DNA of 64,000 bases from an uncultured Nitrospirota bacterium (GTDB taxonomy: Bacteria; Nitrospinota; Nitrospinia; CAJXCL01). Below are positions 1 to 10,694 of the stretch, piece after piece. The notes beneath the pieces are model-generated. The model was not told the origin of the DNA. It ran no database searches and worked only from the letters and a program-made list of their open reading frames with translations. The position numbers and the translations under genes were made by a program. The stretch covers positions 7,447-71,446 of the forward strand of contig CAJXCL010000006.1 of the NCBI GenBank assembly GCA_913051775.1. Reading direction: 5' to 3'. Every line of letters begins with the position of its first letter. Within the stretch, counting starts at the first letter, position 1.

Positions 1-939
1 GATATAATTATAGCCTTCGACAGAACCCTTGTAATGGATATTTACCGTGCCGGTAATGCTTGCCACAAAGAATGGATAAATTTTAGAAAACAACACGAAA
101 GTATATTAAGTTTAATTTCCATAGCTATAAATCCACTCCACATTGTTATTAATGCAATAGAAAAATTTATTTTTTCTCAAATACAAAAAACTACCGGAAA
201 AATTATTGTTCTTTCCGAAATTAGTGCTCTTCAGATTCGCCAGCATTATTCAGTAGAAGAAAACCGTTTTATTGTTGTACCTCCGGCAGTGGATTTAACA
301 CGTTTTGATAAGTCCAAATTACCGGTATACAGGAAAGAGCAGAGAAATAAATTAGGTATTGAAAAAAATACGTTGCTGCTTTTGCATGTCGGCTCCGGCT
401 TTAAGATAAAGGGGCTTAACAGTACTATTGCGTCGTTATCAATTTTAATAAATAAAGGATTGCGAGCAGAATTGCTTATCGCGGGAAAGAATGGATCAGC
501 GGTAAAAAAATATTTAAAACTCTGTCAAAAGATGGGGTTGGAAAACAATGTTCACTTTCTGGGAGGAGTTAAAGACATTGAGCGTTTTTACGCTGTTGCG
601 GATATCTTTGTTATGCCGTCTCTTTTTGAAACTTTTGGCATTGCAACTATAGAAGCATTATCCTTTGGATTACCTGTTATAATAGGCAGAGGCGCGGGGG
701 TTTCATCGATCGTCGAACAGGAAAAAATTGGAAAGGTGCTTAATGTGCCCGCTGATCCGGTTGAACTTGCTGACTTAATAGAGGAAACCGCTACAAATGA
801 AAATGGCCTAAAGTCAGCAGGGAAAATTGATCAGGAAATTGAAAAAAGAATAGGCGTGTCTTTAAAATATGATCATAGTGAGATAATAAAAAAATATTTA
901 ACCGTTATCGACCAGGTGGCACAAAGAAAAACCTTTTAG
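1..939 (+). CDS. GT4 family glycosyltransferase (WaaG/RfaG-like), 5'-truncated by window edge
   Basis: Frame is open from base 1 (DIIIAFDRTLVMDIYRAG); GT4 C-terminal motif ADIFVMPSLFETFGIATIEALSFGLPVI. Confidence 0.88.
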   Translation, partial: DIIIAFDRTLVMDIYRAGNACHKEWINFRKQHESILSLISIAINPLHIVINAIEKFIFSQIQKTTGKIIVLSEISALQIRQHYSVEENRFIVVPPAVDLTRFDKSKLPVYRKEQRNKLGIEKNTLLLLHVGSGFKIKGLNSTIASLSILINKGLRAELLIAGKNGSAVKKYLKLCQKMGLENNVHFLGGVKDIERFYAVADIFVMPSLFETFGIATIEALSFGLPVIIGRGAGVSSIVEQEKIGKVLNVPADPVELADLIEETATNENGLKSAGKIDQEIEKRIGVSLKYDHSEIIKKYLTVIDQVAQRKTF

Positions 940-952
940 TGCAAGATAATTT

Positions 953-1564
953 ATGATTGAAAAAGAAAGATTTTTGGAAATGTTTTTAAATGTTGTACCT
1001 CCAGACCTTGGTGGTTACCTGGAAGGTAATGCCGGGGGATCATCTATCAGGAAAATTGAAGGTCAAACACTATATAAAATATGCAGTATTTTCCAACCTA
1101 AAACAATTGTTGAAACAGGAACTCATAGTGGTTGCTCAACAAATTACTTATTAAAGTATGCGGTGGAAAATAGAGCAACCGTCTATAGCTTTGACGTGGT
1201 TAGTAATGCCGGGGCAGACATTATTAAAGACCTGAGATCCGCCCTAGTACTAAATAAACCCAAAAGAAAGCTGTGGCGAAAGGATGTAAACCTTGAAGAT
1301 ATTAAAAAAACAAGAGATATGTTTATTGAAACTGCTCAAAGAGGAATAGATCTTTTTTTTCACGATTCAGATCATAGATATAAGAATGTAAAGTGGGAAT
1401 TCGATAATATTACTTGTTTTATGGGAAAAGGGTCTCCGGTAATTCTTCATGATGTTTTAAATGATACAGCAAACCATGAAACTCATTTGCTATTTAAAGA
1501 AGTAGTTTGTAGCTGGAAACATATATTTGATACACCGAGTGGGCTTGGCTTAATAGTTTTATGA
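953..1564 (+). CDS. Class I SAM-dependent methyltransferase (Methyltransf_24-like)
   Basis: IVETGTHSGCST motif I, IDLFFHDSDHRY and ILHD motifs. Confidence 0.8.
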   Translation: MIEKERFLEMFLNVVPPDLGGYLEGNAGGSSIRKIEGQTLYKICSIFQPKTIVETGTHSGCSTNYLLKYAVENRATVYSFDVVSNAGADIIKDLRSALVLNKPKRKLWRKDVNLEDIKKTRDMFIETAQRGIDLFFHDSDHRYKNVKWEFDNITCFMGKGSPVILHDVLNDTANHETHLLFKEVVCSWKHIFDTPSGLGLIVL

Positions 1565-2376
1565 AACCATTAATCAGCGTTATTATAGGAACATATAATC
1601 ATTTATCATATTTGCAGCTTTGCTTGCTATCCTTGGAAAGGCAAACCTTCAATAATTTTGAAGTGATTATTGCGGATGATGGGTCTGGAAACGAAATTGG
1701 AGATTGGCTTAAAACCTATGTTACTCGATTTTTCGTAAAACACTTATGGCAGGAGGACAAGGGTTTTAGAAAGTGCAAGATGTTAAATAGGGCTGTTCAA
1801 GAATCCAAATCAGATTATATAGTATTTATAGACGCAGATTGTATTTTGAGTAAGAATTTTCTTTCTGAACACTGGCGTTATCACGAAAAAGGAACTTTCT
1901 TGGGAGGAAGACGTGTATTGATAACAAAGGAGTTTGTAGAAAAAGTAACTGCTGAGATAATATTGGAAGGTAACTTTGATGGAATAAATCTATGGGGAAT
2001 AAATCATATGCTTTCAGGTTATATTAAATACTATGAAGAAGCGTTAAGGCCGTTATATTATTTAAGAAAAAATAATTTCTTCAATTTAATGGGATGCAAT
2101 TTCTCCATTCACAAATCTGACCTGCTTTTGGTGAGAGGATTTGATGAAGAATATGAAAGCAGGGGTGGGGGAGAAGATACCGATATTTCCTTGAGGTTAA
2201 AGACTGCCGGGTATAAGATGAAGTCAGTAAGATACCGAGCTATTCAGTTTCACCTCGGCCATGATATTCCTGAGGACAAATCAAAATCCGCAAAAATATT
2301 TTCTGAGAAAAAGAAAATGATTAAAACTGCTGCAGATGCTAAAAATATTAAGATATCATTGAGCGATATTCATTAA
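1561..2376 (+). CDS. GT2 family glycosyltransferase
   Basis: ISVIIGTYN, ADDGS, FIDADC, GCNFSI..GFDEEY..GGEDTD; ATGA overlap with upstream gene. Confidence 0.9.
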   Translation: MKPLISVIIGTYNHLSYLQLCLLSLERQTFNNFEVIIADDGSGNEIGDWLKTYVTRFFVKHLWQEDKGFRKCKMLNRAVQESKSDYIVFIDADCILSKNFLSEHWRYHEKGTFLGGRRVLITKEFVEKVTAEIILEGNFDGINLWGINHMLSGYIKYYEEALRPLYYLRKNNFFNLMGCNFSIHKSDLLLVRGFDEEYESRGGGEDTDISLRLKTAGYKMKSVRYRAIQFHLGHDIPEDKSKSAKIFSEKKKMIKTAADAKNIKISLSDIH

Positions 2377-2415
2377 TCTATTTTTAAGATGCAGAGAATT
2401 ATTAAAATTTAATTA

Positions 2416-3235
2416 GTGGTACAACTTAAAGAGTTAAAATTGTGGAAATGGTTTAAAAACCCACACAATTCAAAGAATGAACAATGTGTTTTTTTTCATA
2501 TCCCAAAATCTGCTGGCGTGTGGGTTCAGCACCTATTTGATCACTGGAACAACAAGTTGGGTAGAAAAATATTCTTAGCTCCGCCGCAACATTTTTTTTA
2601 TTCATACGATTATAAGTGTGGCCTAAATGGCAGCATTAACTATGGAGGGATAAAAAAATATTTTAAAAGACATAATCTAAATAATTGTTTTACGATTTGT
2701 TCCATCAGAGATCCTTTTGAATGGTATCTTTCCTTCTTTATACGGTCGCATGGTTCGGATCCAGAATCTTCTTCCAGGAAAGGCCTTGTTCCTCATTATT
2801 CTACTTTCGATAAATTTATTCTCGATAACAAAATAAATTATGTTGGGGCAGTTAGACCTCACTTGAATGCCTGCAATAGTTTTGTAAGACTGACTTCTTT
2901 GAAAATGGATTTTGAACACTTAGTTTTAAATACATTCCTGAATTAACGGACTTTGTTAAAGATTCATTTATTAATTTGGAGCCAATTAATATTTATCTAA
3001 TGTAAAAAATGCAAAGCAATGAGATGCTTTGAACAACAGTGAATTAAAGAAAAAATTTAAGGTTTATATTGATAATCACAAAACTGAAAATTTTTATACA
3101 GAAGAAATGATAAAATTAATTTATAAAAGAGATAAACTAATTTTTTACCTTTTAAATTTAGATAGTCCAATAATATTGCCTGAGCAAAAACTGTCGCAAT
3201 ATATTAATTCTCTCAAACTACATATCAATTTATAG
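2416..3235 (+). pseudogene. Sulfotransferase (Sulfotransfer_2-like), disrupted
   Basis: 5' ORF has PAPS-binding FFHIPKSAG and SIRDPFEWYLSF; the typical C-terminus (FYTEEMIKLIYKRDKLIF) is in another frame at 3029-3235; joining needs frameshifts plus read-through of TGA at 3020. Confidence 0.6.
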
Positions 3236-3242
3236 ATTATAA

Positions 3243-4241
3243 ATGATCCACCTTTTAATTTGCCCACATGTTCTTGATTATGGCGGCTCACAAATAAGTG
3301 TTCATCACTGGGCAAAGCATTTAGATCCTTCAAAGTTTAAAATTACTATACTTGCTATGAAGGAGGGGGGGCTTTCAAATAAGTTTGAATCTAATTATTC
3401 AGTTTATTATGACGACATAGGCTATCCTAATGTTGAAAATTATATAAGAAGGTTTAAGCCAGATATACTCCATGCCTGTCCGGGAGGTGGTACCCCTCAA
3501 AAATATATTTCTAAAGCAGCGAAATTAGTTCCGGTTACGCAGACGATAATGTGTCCCAGGCTTGTATCAAACAAAAATGATGTTTCAGGTAGCATTGTGC
3601 TTTCAAAATATACTTTTTCACTTCAAAAAAACATAAAAGATGTTTTCCAGATTGATCCTCCTTTTGATATCACCGATTACGATACCAAACATTCAACAGA
3701 GTATTTTGGTTTGCCTGAAAATAAATTGATTGTTGGCTCGTTTGGAAACAACAGGCGTGAAAATTCTCATTTTATGAAAATTGTCAGATCTTATAAAAAT
3801 AATGACGTCCATTTTGTAATAAAAACAAACAAAAAATATAAGTATTTATTTGGAAGAAAAAGAATTACTACAATAAATAGAAGTTTGAGCGAGAACGAGA
3901 AACTAAGTTTGATAAGATGTTTCGATATTTTTTTATACCCAACGTCTAATGAATCTTATGGGCTGGTTTTTTTGGAAGCCATGTCTCAATATGTACCTAT
4001 TATAAGTTATGCTGATTCAGCTATTCCCGAGGTAATAGGAGACGGAGGTCTTTTAGCGCCTCTCAATAACATAAAGAAAATGATGGAACTGCTTGATGAT
4101 TTGACAACAAATGATAATAAAAGAAGGTCTATAGGTCAAGTGGGATATAAATTATTCAGGAAACGCAATGACCCTAAACTTATTGCCAAAAAGTATGAAG
4201 TGTTTTTTGAAGAAATATTGGGGAAACAAGACAGGATTTAA
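3243..4241 (+). CDS. GT4 family glycosyltransferase
   Basis: DYGGSQ N-terminal motif; DIFLYPTSNESYGLVFLEAMS. Confidence 0.88.
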   Translation: MIHLLICPHVLDYGGSQISVHHWAKHLDPSKFKITILAMKEGGLSNKFESNYSVYYDDIGYPNVENYIRRFKPDILHACPGGGTPQKYISKAAKLVPVTQTIMCPRLVSNKNDVSGSIVLSKYTFSLQKNIKDVFQIDPPFDITDYDTKHSTEYFGLPENKLIVGSFGNNRRENSHFMKIVRSYKNNDVHFVIKTNKKYKYLFGRKRITTINRSLSENEKLSLIRCFDIFLYPTSNESYGLVFLEAMSQYVPIISYADSAIPEVIGDGGLLAPLNNIKKMMELLDDLTTNDNKRRSIGQVGYKLFRKRNDPKLIAKKYEVFFEEILGKQDRI

Positions 4242-4281
4242 GTTCAAAATTCCTTCTTCTAACCCGTAGAAATACATGTCT

Positions 4282-5268
4282 TTACAAACCACACTGTTTT
4301 TTCATCATTTTTAAATCAGATTCTACCATTTCACGAACAAGCTCATCAAAAGACAAGTTGTATTTCCAGCCCAGCTTTTTCTTTGCTTTTGAGCTGTCTC
4401 CAAGCAGGTTATCAACCTCTGCAGGCCTCAAGAACTTTTCGCTCAATTTCACATGCTCCCGATAATCCAACCCTGCAACGGTAAATGCCTTTTCACAAAA
4501 CTCCTTTACAGAATGGTTTTCCCCGGAACAAATAACATAATCATCCGGTTTGTCCTGCTGGAGCATTGCCCACATGGCTTTTACATACTCCTTGGCATGA
4601 CCCCAATCTCTTTTTGCATCAAGGTTTCCCAGTACTAATTTATCTTTTAACCCTTTTTTAATCATAGCTACATGGGAGGATATTTTTCTTGTAACAAACT
4701 CGAACCCTCTTCTTGGTGATTCGTGATTATAGAGGATGCCACTGCACGTATATAACCCGTAGGCCTCCCGATAATTTCTGATTAAGTCAAAACCTGCAAC
4801 CTTTGAGATACCATAAGCAGATCTTGGATGAAATGGTGTATCTTCGTTTTGAGGCACTTCTTTTACCTTTCCAAACATTTCACTGGAACCTGCAAAATAA
4901 AGCCGAGCTTTAGGAACTATATCTCGAAAAGCGGAAAGAATATAATGAGTGCCATTAATATTAGTATTTAACGTTGAAAATTCGTCTTCAAAGCTGTAAC
5001 TCACATAACTTTGGGCTGCTAAATGATATATCTCATCAGGTTGTATTGCTTTTATAGATTTATAGACACTGGCATGGCTTTCTAATGACGCTGGAGTTAA
5101 ATGAATCTTATCCTTTATATGAAGGATCCTGCTCATCCTGTGATCTTCATCCTCTAACGCTACTCTTCTTACAAGACCGTATACCTCATATCCTTTTTCC
5201 AATAGAAGTTCGGCCAGATAACTTCCATCTTGTCCTGTAATTCCCGTTATTAAAACTTTTTTAGACAT
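4282..5268 (-). CDS. gmd: GDP-mannose 4,6-dehydratase
   Basis: LITGITGQDGSYLAELLL, LAAQSYV, YNHESPRRG, LGNLDAKRDWGHA. Confidence 0.97.
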   Translation of the reverse strand: MSKKVLITGITGQDGSYLAELLLEKGYEVYGLVRRVALEDEDHRMSRILHIKDKIHLTPASLESHASVYKSIKAIQPDEIYHLAAQSYVSYSFEDEFSTLNTNINGTHYILSAFRDIVPKARLYFAGSSEMFGKVKEVPQNEDTPFHPRSAYGISKVAGFDLIRNYREAYGLYTCSGILYNHESPRRGFEFVTRKISSHVAMIKKGLKDKLVLGNLDAKRDWGHAKEYVKAMWAMLQQDKPDDYVICSGENHSVKEFCEKAFTVAGLDYREHVKLSEKFLRPAEVDNLLGDSSKAKKKLGWKYNLSFDELVREMVESDLKMMKKQCGL

Positions 5269-5345
5269 TTTTTATCTGATAACCCTATAATGAACGTCTT
5301 ACAGAAGTTGACATTTGACATGTCAGTGCGAGCAAAGCATGGAGA

Positions 5346-5400
5346 CCCTTCGGCAGGCCAAAGGTGACATAAGAACTGTCATAGTGATCCTGTCGAACCA
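5346..5400. repeat. REP-like palindromic repeat (CCCTTCGxCAGGC..GTGACA / TGTCA..CCTGTCGAACC family)
   Basis: Inverted arms cccttcggcaggccaaaggtgaca and tgtcatagtgatcctgtcgaacca; related copies at 14675, 33330, 51808. Confidence 0.6.
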
Positions 5401-5510
5401 TAAATCCCGCACAGTTCGATTGATGATTAGGTACTTTACTTTCAGTGTCAACTTTATTTTTTCGTTTACTATACTTAAAAAAAATATGTCTCCTTTTTTA
5501 GCATATAGTT

Positions 5511-6641
5511 TCAATTCCTCGGACATTTTTCTTTTTCAGGCTTTTCCATATGATTAAATCTTGTAACAATATCATAAAGATGAGAGAAACTATGGTTTGC
5601 CATTAGCCATTCACGACCGTTTTTACCCATTGTATTTATTTTTTTCTTATCCGACAGCAAACTTTGAACCGCATAATCCAACTGAGACAGGTCATCCAAT
5701 GCAATTCCAAATTCTGGTTCTATCCAAGGGACTGCTTTTTTTAGAACTATTACTGGAAGTCCGCAGCATAAGGCTTCCTGCACTACTCTGGCAGTGCCTT
5801 CCGATGATGATGGATGAACCATTATTTTAGCTTTGTTATAAATTTTTAGCATATCATGATGCTGATACCTTCCGGAACAAAATTTACCTGAAAAAGATTT
5901 TTTTATGGGATATTTTAAAAAGAGCTTTCTTATTTTATGAAAAAATAATATATCCTCAGCCTTTGTATAAGGGGCGTTTTTAACATAACCACCCGCATGT
6001 ATCCAGCTATAGCTTCTTTTATTAACAACTTCCTGTAGCGTAGCAATTCCTTTTGCAGGGGTTAAACGGCCTGCGGAAACTATATCAAACTGTCTTTCCA
6101 TGTCCAAAGGCCTGAAAAAAACAGTATCTGCCCCCAACGGGGTTTTAAGTAATCTATTTTCAGGAACTTTTTTTAAAGCCCGTTCTATGGATTCTAAAGT
6201 CGGATGTACATAATAGTCGCACAAATCAAGTTCTTCCCATCCAAGAGTATTTTCGTTAACAGTACATCTTTCCCATAAAAAAAGAAGAGGGTCCCGTATT
6301 GTCTTTAATATCTTCAATCCCATTTGAGAACCGCTGCCTATTATATGTATTACATGAGGGCCCTGCTTTAATAACCATGGGCATACTTCATTATTTTCAT
6401 ACCACATTCGTCCTTTGCTTTGTCGCTGGTCTGGATTTTCTACGGGGAAAAATAACGCATTATATCCATCGTGCCTGATTGTGATTAATTTTTTATTTTT
6501 TGTTAATGAGATAAAAAAAACTTCTTCATTTTTTGCAAAAGCTTTGCGTAATTTTGAAAACCAGTCATCGTATCTTAAATATTCCATTTCAGTCATACCG
6601 TGTTCGAAAGGTGGTGTGAACTGAGTGAATACAATCTTCAT
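5511..6641 (-). CDS. GT4 family glycosyltransferase
   Basis: AGRLTPAKG and MVHPSSSEGTARVVQEALCCGLPVI. Confidence 0.82.
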   Translation of the reverse strand: MKIVFTQFTPPFEHGMTEMEYLRYDDWFSKLRKAFAKNEEVFFISLTKNKKLITIRHDGYNALFFPVENPDQRQSKGRMWYENNEVCPWLLKQGPHVIHIIGSGSQMGLKILKTIRDPLLFLWERCTVNENTLGWEELDLCDYYVHPTLESIERALKKVPENRLLKTPLGADTVFFRPLDMERQFDIVSAGRLTPAKGIATLQEVVNKRSYSWIHAGGYVKNAPYTKAEDILFFHKIRKLFLKYPIKKSFSGKFCSGRYQHHDMLKIYNKAKIMVHPSSSEGTARVVQEALCCGLPVIVLKKAVPWIEPEFGIALDDLSQLDYAVQSLLSDKKKINTMGKNGREWLMANHSFSHLYDIVTRFNHMEKPEKEKCPRN

Positions 6642-7804
6642 GTAATTACCTGTAAGTCAACCACATCATTAATTGCCTTTATCACGCGCTCAACAGGCAG
6701 TTGAACTAAACAATCACTTACTTTTCCCTTACCGCAACCTGTTAAATCGCACGGAAGGCATGAAAACTCTTCCATTGCGACAGCCTTACAAAAACCGTCT
6801 CCATTATCCCATGGCGCCCATTCAGCCGCATTCGTAGGCCCAAATATACCGATAGTTGGTATTTTTAAAGTTGAAGCCATATGCATTGGAGCAGAATCTA
6901 CACCTACAAACAATTTTGTCTTTTCCAATAAAGCTGCCAATTCTAAAAGTGATGTTTTTCCCGTTAAGTCTAACGGTTCAATCCCGCTATTTTTCACGAT
7001 TTCTTTTGAAATTTCCAAATCCAAAGGCTCTTCACCTCCTACAAGTACTATGGGGAGCCCAAAATTGTTATTGAGATATTTTATTAAGTCAACAAAGCCA
7101 TCGGTTCTCCAAGATTTAAAACGCCATCGAGTGGTTGGAGAAATGACAACGGGTGAAAAATTTGGTGCATGAATTTTATAATCCTTTAATTTGCTATAGA
7201 GACTTTTTCGTGATTTCTCCCCTGGATCAAGGTAAAGTTGACGCTGCGATACATCAGGATGTATCCCAATACATCTTAAAAAATCAAGGTTTCGTTCAAC
7301 AGCATGGCGGGGTTTTATGGGATAACTTATCAGATGAGTAGACAGCTTTTTTTTTCCGTACATCCCTTTATTTCCCGGGTTAAGAGAAACTCTTATCTTA
7401 GCTCCACTTAAAAATCCTGATATAGCGCCTCGATCACCAGAGTTCATATTCAAGACCAAATCGTATTTCCGATTCCTTACTGCTTTTAATAAATTCCATT
7501 CCTTGCTCAATCTTCTTTGATTGGATTTATGATGATCTACAATATGAATTTGTTTTATAAATTTATTATGACGGAGTAATGGTTCAGTCTTTTTATATAC
7601 CATTGCATCTATTTCAAATTCTTTATCTTTAAAATATTCATAGAGGCATCGAAAAACAGGAGTGGTTAAAAGAACGTCTCCAATATGCGCGAATTTAATA
7701 ACCAAGCAGCGCTGTACATTCGAAAGGTCAGGGTAGTTCCCATACCGATGTTTGAGTAAAGCTTCAGAGATAGGATGTTTATGGAACGATTTATTGTTGT
7801 TCAT
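6638..7804 (-). CDS. GT9 LPS heptosyltransferase (WaaQ/heptosyltransferase III-like)
   Basis: AHIGDVLLTTP, FVGVDSAPMHMA, IFGPT..EWAPW. Confidence 0.9.
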   Translation of the reverse strand: MNNNKSFHKHPISEALLKHRYGNYPDLSNVQRCLVIKFAHIGDVLLTTPVFRCLYEYFKDKEFEIDAMVYKKTEPLLRHNKFIKQIHIVDHHKSNQRRLSKEWNLLKAVRNRKYDLVLNMNSGDRGAISGFLSGAKIRVSLNPGNKGMYGKKKLSTHLISYPIKPRHAVERNLDFLRCIGIHPDVSQRQLYLDPGEKSRKSLYSKLKDYKIHAPNFSPVVISPTTRWRFKSWRTDGFVDLIKYLNNNFGLPIVLVGGEEPLDLEISKEIVKNSGIEPLDLTGKTSLLELAALLEKTKLFVGVDSAPMHMASTLKIPTIGIFGPTNAAEWAPWDNGDGFCKAVAMEEFSCLPCDLTGCGKGKVSDCLVQLPVERVIKAINDVVDLQVIT

Positions 7805-8703
7805 AGAATAGAAAGAATTTTACGACAACGATGAGCATAAGTATGGTTTGATAAAATGTGACTCTGGCCTTCCCGAGCTATACAGGATGCTTCAACGGAG
7901 TTTTTCGCATAATAAAGGGCTTTTTCAACAGCTTCTTCTTCCGATCTAAAGGTTGAATAGTGTTTCCCGTCTTCAAACAGGTCTTCATAGCCAAGATTAT
8001 CGTAAATATTTGTCAGCAACATTGCCTTCCCGTTTGCCATTGTCTCAAAAACTCTCATATTGATATCCTGCCCTTTGCTGCCGCTAAAACCGGCGCCAAC
8101 ATTAAAACCTATAGTACATAAAGCTATTTCATATGCAGCCGTTTTGCCAAACTTTTTTCTAAAATAAAAATTTGTGCTAAGACCGGCTTTTTTAAAGAGC
8201 TTTTTAAAACGTCGACGGTGTTCATAAGGAGCGGCACTCATGCCTATATCGTAATGATTTCGACGGAATATTCTCTTCCATGAACTCTCGTCTTCTGTCA
8301 AGGTCGGTTTATAAACATGGACATCTTTATCCGCAGCAAGGGGGAGCCATGCTGCGTTTGAGCCAAATTCGCTCACCATATGTTTTTGAGCGACCCATAT
8401 ATAGTCAAACTCGTGTTTTTCACAATATTCTTGATGGATTTTTAATTTGTGGCAAGAATCTATACTTACATACCCTTTAGGACTTCTGTAACATTTTAAA
8501 CTTGGAAAATCAACTGGTAGGCCACAATCAACCATTAACAACAAATCAGCATCCGGGAACTTCATATCCTGATCAGGCTGATGCGGATCAAATGGAATTT
8601 CAATAAGATCCACATCCTGTTTTTGCATTCCCTTAAAATAATAAGCTGATGCAGTGTGAGGAATTATACTGCGTAAAAAAACAACTTTATGCTTTTTTGC
8701 CAT
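7801..8703 (-). CDS. Glycosyltransferase, CgeB/Glyco_trans_1_2-like
   Basis: WLPLAAD, DINMRVFETMA, NHTYAHR motifs. Confidence 0.78.
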   Translation of the reverse strand: MAKKHKVVFLRSIIPHTASAYYFKGMQKQDVDLIEIPFDPHQPDQDMKFPDADLLLMVDCGLPVDFPSLKCYRSPKGYVSIDSCHKLKIHQEYCEKHEFDYIWVAQKHMVSEFGSNAAWLPLAADKDVHVYKPTLTEDESSWKRIFRRNHYDIGMSAAPYEHRRRFKKLFKKAGLSTNFYFRKKFGKTAAYEIALCTIGFNVGAGFSGSKGQDINMRVFETMANGKAMLLTNIYDNLGYEDLFEDGKHYSTFRSEEEAVEKALYYAKNSVEASCIAREGQSHILSNHTYAHRCRKILSIL

Positions 8704-8738
8704 TACTTTTTTTCAGTGATTTCTGTTGGCAGAATAAA

Positions 8739-10487
8739 TTAAATCTTTGAGGTTGTTACTTCTTCCTGATCACGGAACTGTATTTCATAAAGTCTTTGAT
8801 AAAGCCCTTTTTTCGCGAGAAGTTCTTCATGTGTGCCAGACTCTACAATTTTCCCCCTTTCCATAACAATGATCATATCCGCCTTTCTTACGGTGGACAA
8901 CCGATGGGCAATGACGAATGTAGTTCTGTTCTCCATAAGATTTTCGAGTGCATTCTGAATTATAGCTTCAGACGCGGTATCAAGGGACGAGGTTGCTTCA
9001 TCAAGAATTAATATTGGCGGGTTTTTGAGAATCGCTCTCGCAATGGATAACCTTTGTTTTTGTCCACCTGAAAGCTTTACCCCTCTTTCTCCAACCACAG
9101 TATCATAGCCATCTGGAAATTCCAGAATAAACTCATGAGCGTAAGCTGCTTTTGCGGCCAGAATGACATCTTTCTGATTTGATTCCGGCTTGCCGTATTT
9201 AATGTTATTCAGCACAGTATCATTAAAAAGTATAACGTCCTGGCTGACAATTCCGAACAGTGATCTAAGTGATTTTAAAGTTAATGCTGATATATCCATA
9301 CCATCTATATAAATTGTTCCCTCATCAGGCATATAAAATCTTGGGAGCATATTAATAAGGGTTGTTTTCCCAGCGCCGCTTTGTCCAACAATTGCGATTA
9401 TCATACCTCTGTTAATTGTAAAACTTATATGATCTAATGCTTTGTTTTTTGCGGAAGGATACGTAAACAATACACCATTGAATTTAATTTCCCATTTGAA
9501 TGAATTGATCTTATTCTTTCCGTCTTTCTCTCTTTCTACAGAAAGCAAACTGAATATCCTTTGAAGAGGTGCTCTGGCTTTCTGGATACCGTTATTTACT
9601 TTTGCAAGTCTCTTAGCCGGGGTGTAGAGCATAAATATTGCTGCAAGAAAAGAGAAAAAGTCTCCCGGTGTCATGACATCATCAATTATAAGTTTTCCTC
9701 CATACCACATGACAAAAGCTATGCCTACCCCAGCTACAGATTCCATCATCAGAGAAACAAGTTCTGAAACTCTTACGGAGCGCATATTCTCTCTGTAATA
9801 ATCTTTGCTTTTATATTTAAAGTGTTCAGTTCCATCGCTTTCTTTGCCAAATGCTTTAATCATTTTTATTCCTGAAAAACTCTCATGAAGTATTTCTGTT
9901 ATTAAGGAAATTTTTTCCTGGGCGCGCTGGCTTATGCGTTTTAATCTTTTTCCAAGAACACCTACACTATAAAAAGCTGTCGGCAATCCGACAATTGCTA
10001 TTAGCGTAAGGTCCCAGCGACGGTAGAGGGCAACGCCTGTAAGAGCTATAAGAGAAGCGCTCTCGATCAGTAAGTCTTTAATCGCCAGAGATACAACGAA
10101 CTGTAATGCATTTGTATCATTTACAACTTTAGACATCAGTGAACCGCTTGAGTTTTTACTAAAATATGTCATGGGTAACTTAATTATATGCTGGTAAAGC
10201 CGGTTTCTCAGGTCCATAACCATCTTCTGGGATGCAGACCTCATAAGGTATTCATGCAAATAAACAAAAGTCCCCTTTACAATAAAAATAGTTAATACAC
10301 CATATGGAAGAAGCATAAGCATGGAAATATTTTTCTTTTGAAGAAGACTGTCCAGGGCCGGTTTCACAAGCCATGCAAGAGACGCATTCAGAGCGGATAT
10401 GATGATACCGATCACGCCGGCGATAGCAACTCTTTTCCAGTAGGGCTTAACTAAATGAAAAATTGTTTTGTAGTCGTCCAATGTCAC
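8739..10487 (-). CDS. msbA: Lipid A export ABC transporter ATP-binding/permease MsbA
   Basis: TM domain plus GQSGAGKT, LSGGQKQR, ILDEATS; LPS cluster context. Confidence 0.88.
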   Translation of the reverse strand: MTLDDYKTIFHLVKPYWKRVAIAGVIGIIISALNASLAWLVKPALDSLLQKKNISMLMLLPYGVLTIFIVKGTFVYLHEYLMRSASQKMVMDLRNRLYQHIIKLPMTYFSKNSSGSLMSKVVNDTNALQFVVSLAIKDLLIESASLIALTGVALYRRWDLTLIAIVGLPTAFYSVGVLGKRLKRISQRAQEKISLITEILHESFSGIKMIKAFGKESDGTEHFKYKSKDYYRENMRSVRVSELVSLMMESVAGVGIAFVMWYGGKLIIDDVMTPGDFFSFLAAIFMLYTPAKRLAKVNNGIQKARAPLQRIFSLLSVEREKDGKNKINSFKWEIKFNGVLFTYPSAKNKALDHISFTINRGMIIAIVGQSGAGKTTLINMLPRFYMPDEGTIYIDGMDISALTLKSLRSLFGIVSQDVILFNDTVLNNIKYGKPESNQKDVILAAKAAYAHEFILEFPDGYDTVVGERGVKLSGGQKQRLSIARAILKNPPILILDEATSSLDTASEAIIQNALENLMENRTTFVIAHRLSTVRKADMIIVMERGKIVESGTHEELLAKKGLYQRLYEIQFRDQEEVTTSKI

Positions 10488-10694
10488 GTCCTGTAGTTAT
10501 ATTTTTTGCATTACCGCAGCATAAAGTAATAAATTATAGCTAAAGGTTAACATAAGAATATCTCAAGGCAAAATTTATCAATCATCAAGTGAAAGTTTTG
10601 TAGAAAAAAATATTTTTTCACTTTTTTTAAGCCTTCAGTGATGATCAATTGAAAGAGTCGTTGGAGTTTGTGAACCAAAAAATACGATCCCCTG

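Noticed and set aside
3020-3022. TGA as selenocysteine in the sulfotransferase
   Set aside because: Frameshifts are also needed, the position is not a catalytic Cys site and no SECIS-like hairpin follows
5315-5557. Short ORFs 5315-5557 (+) and 5323-5526 (-)
   Set aside because: They span a REP-like palindrome and have no protein motifs; likely spurious
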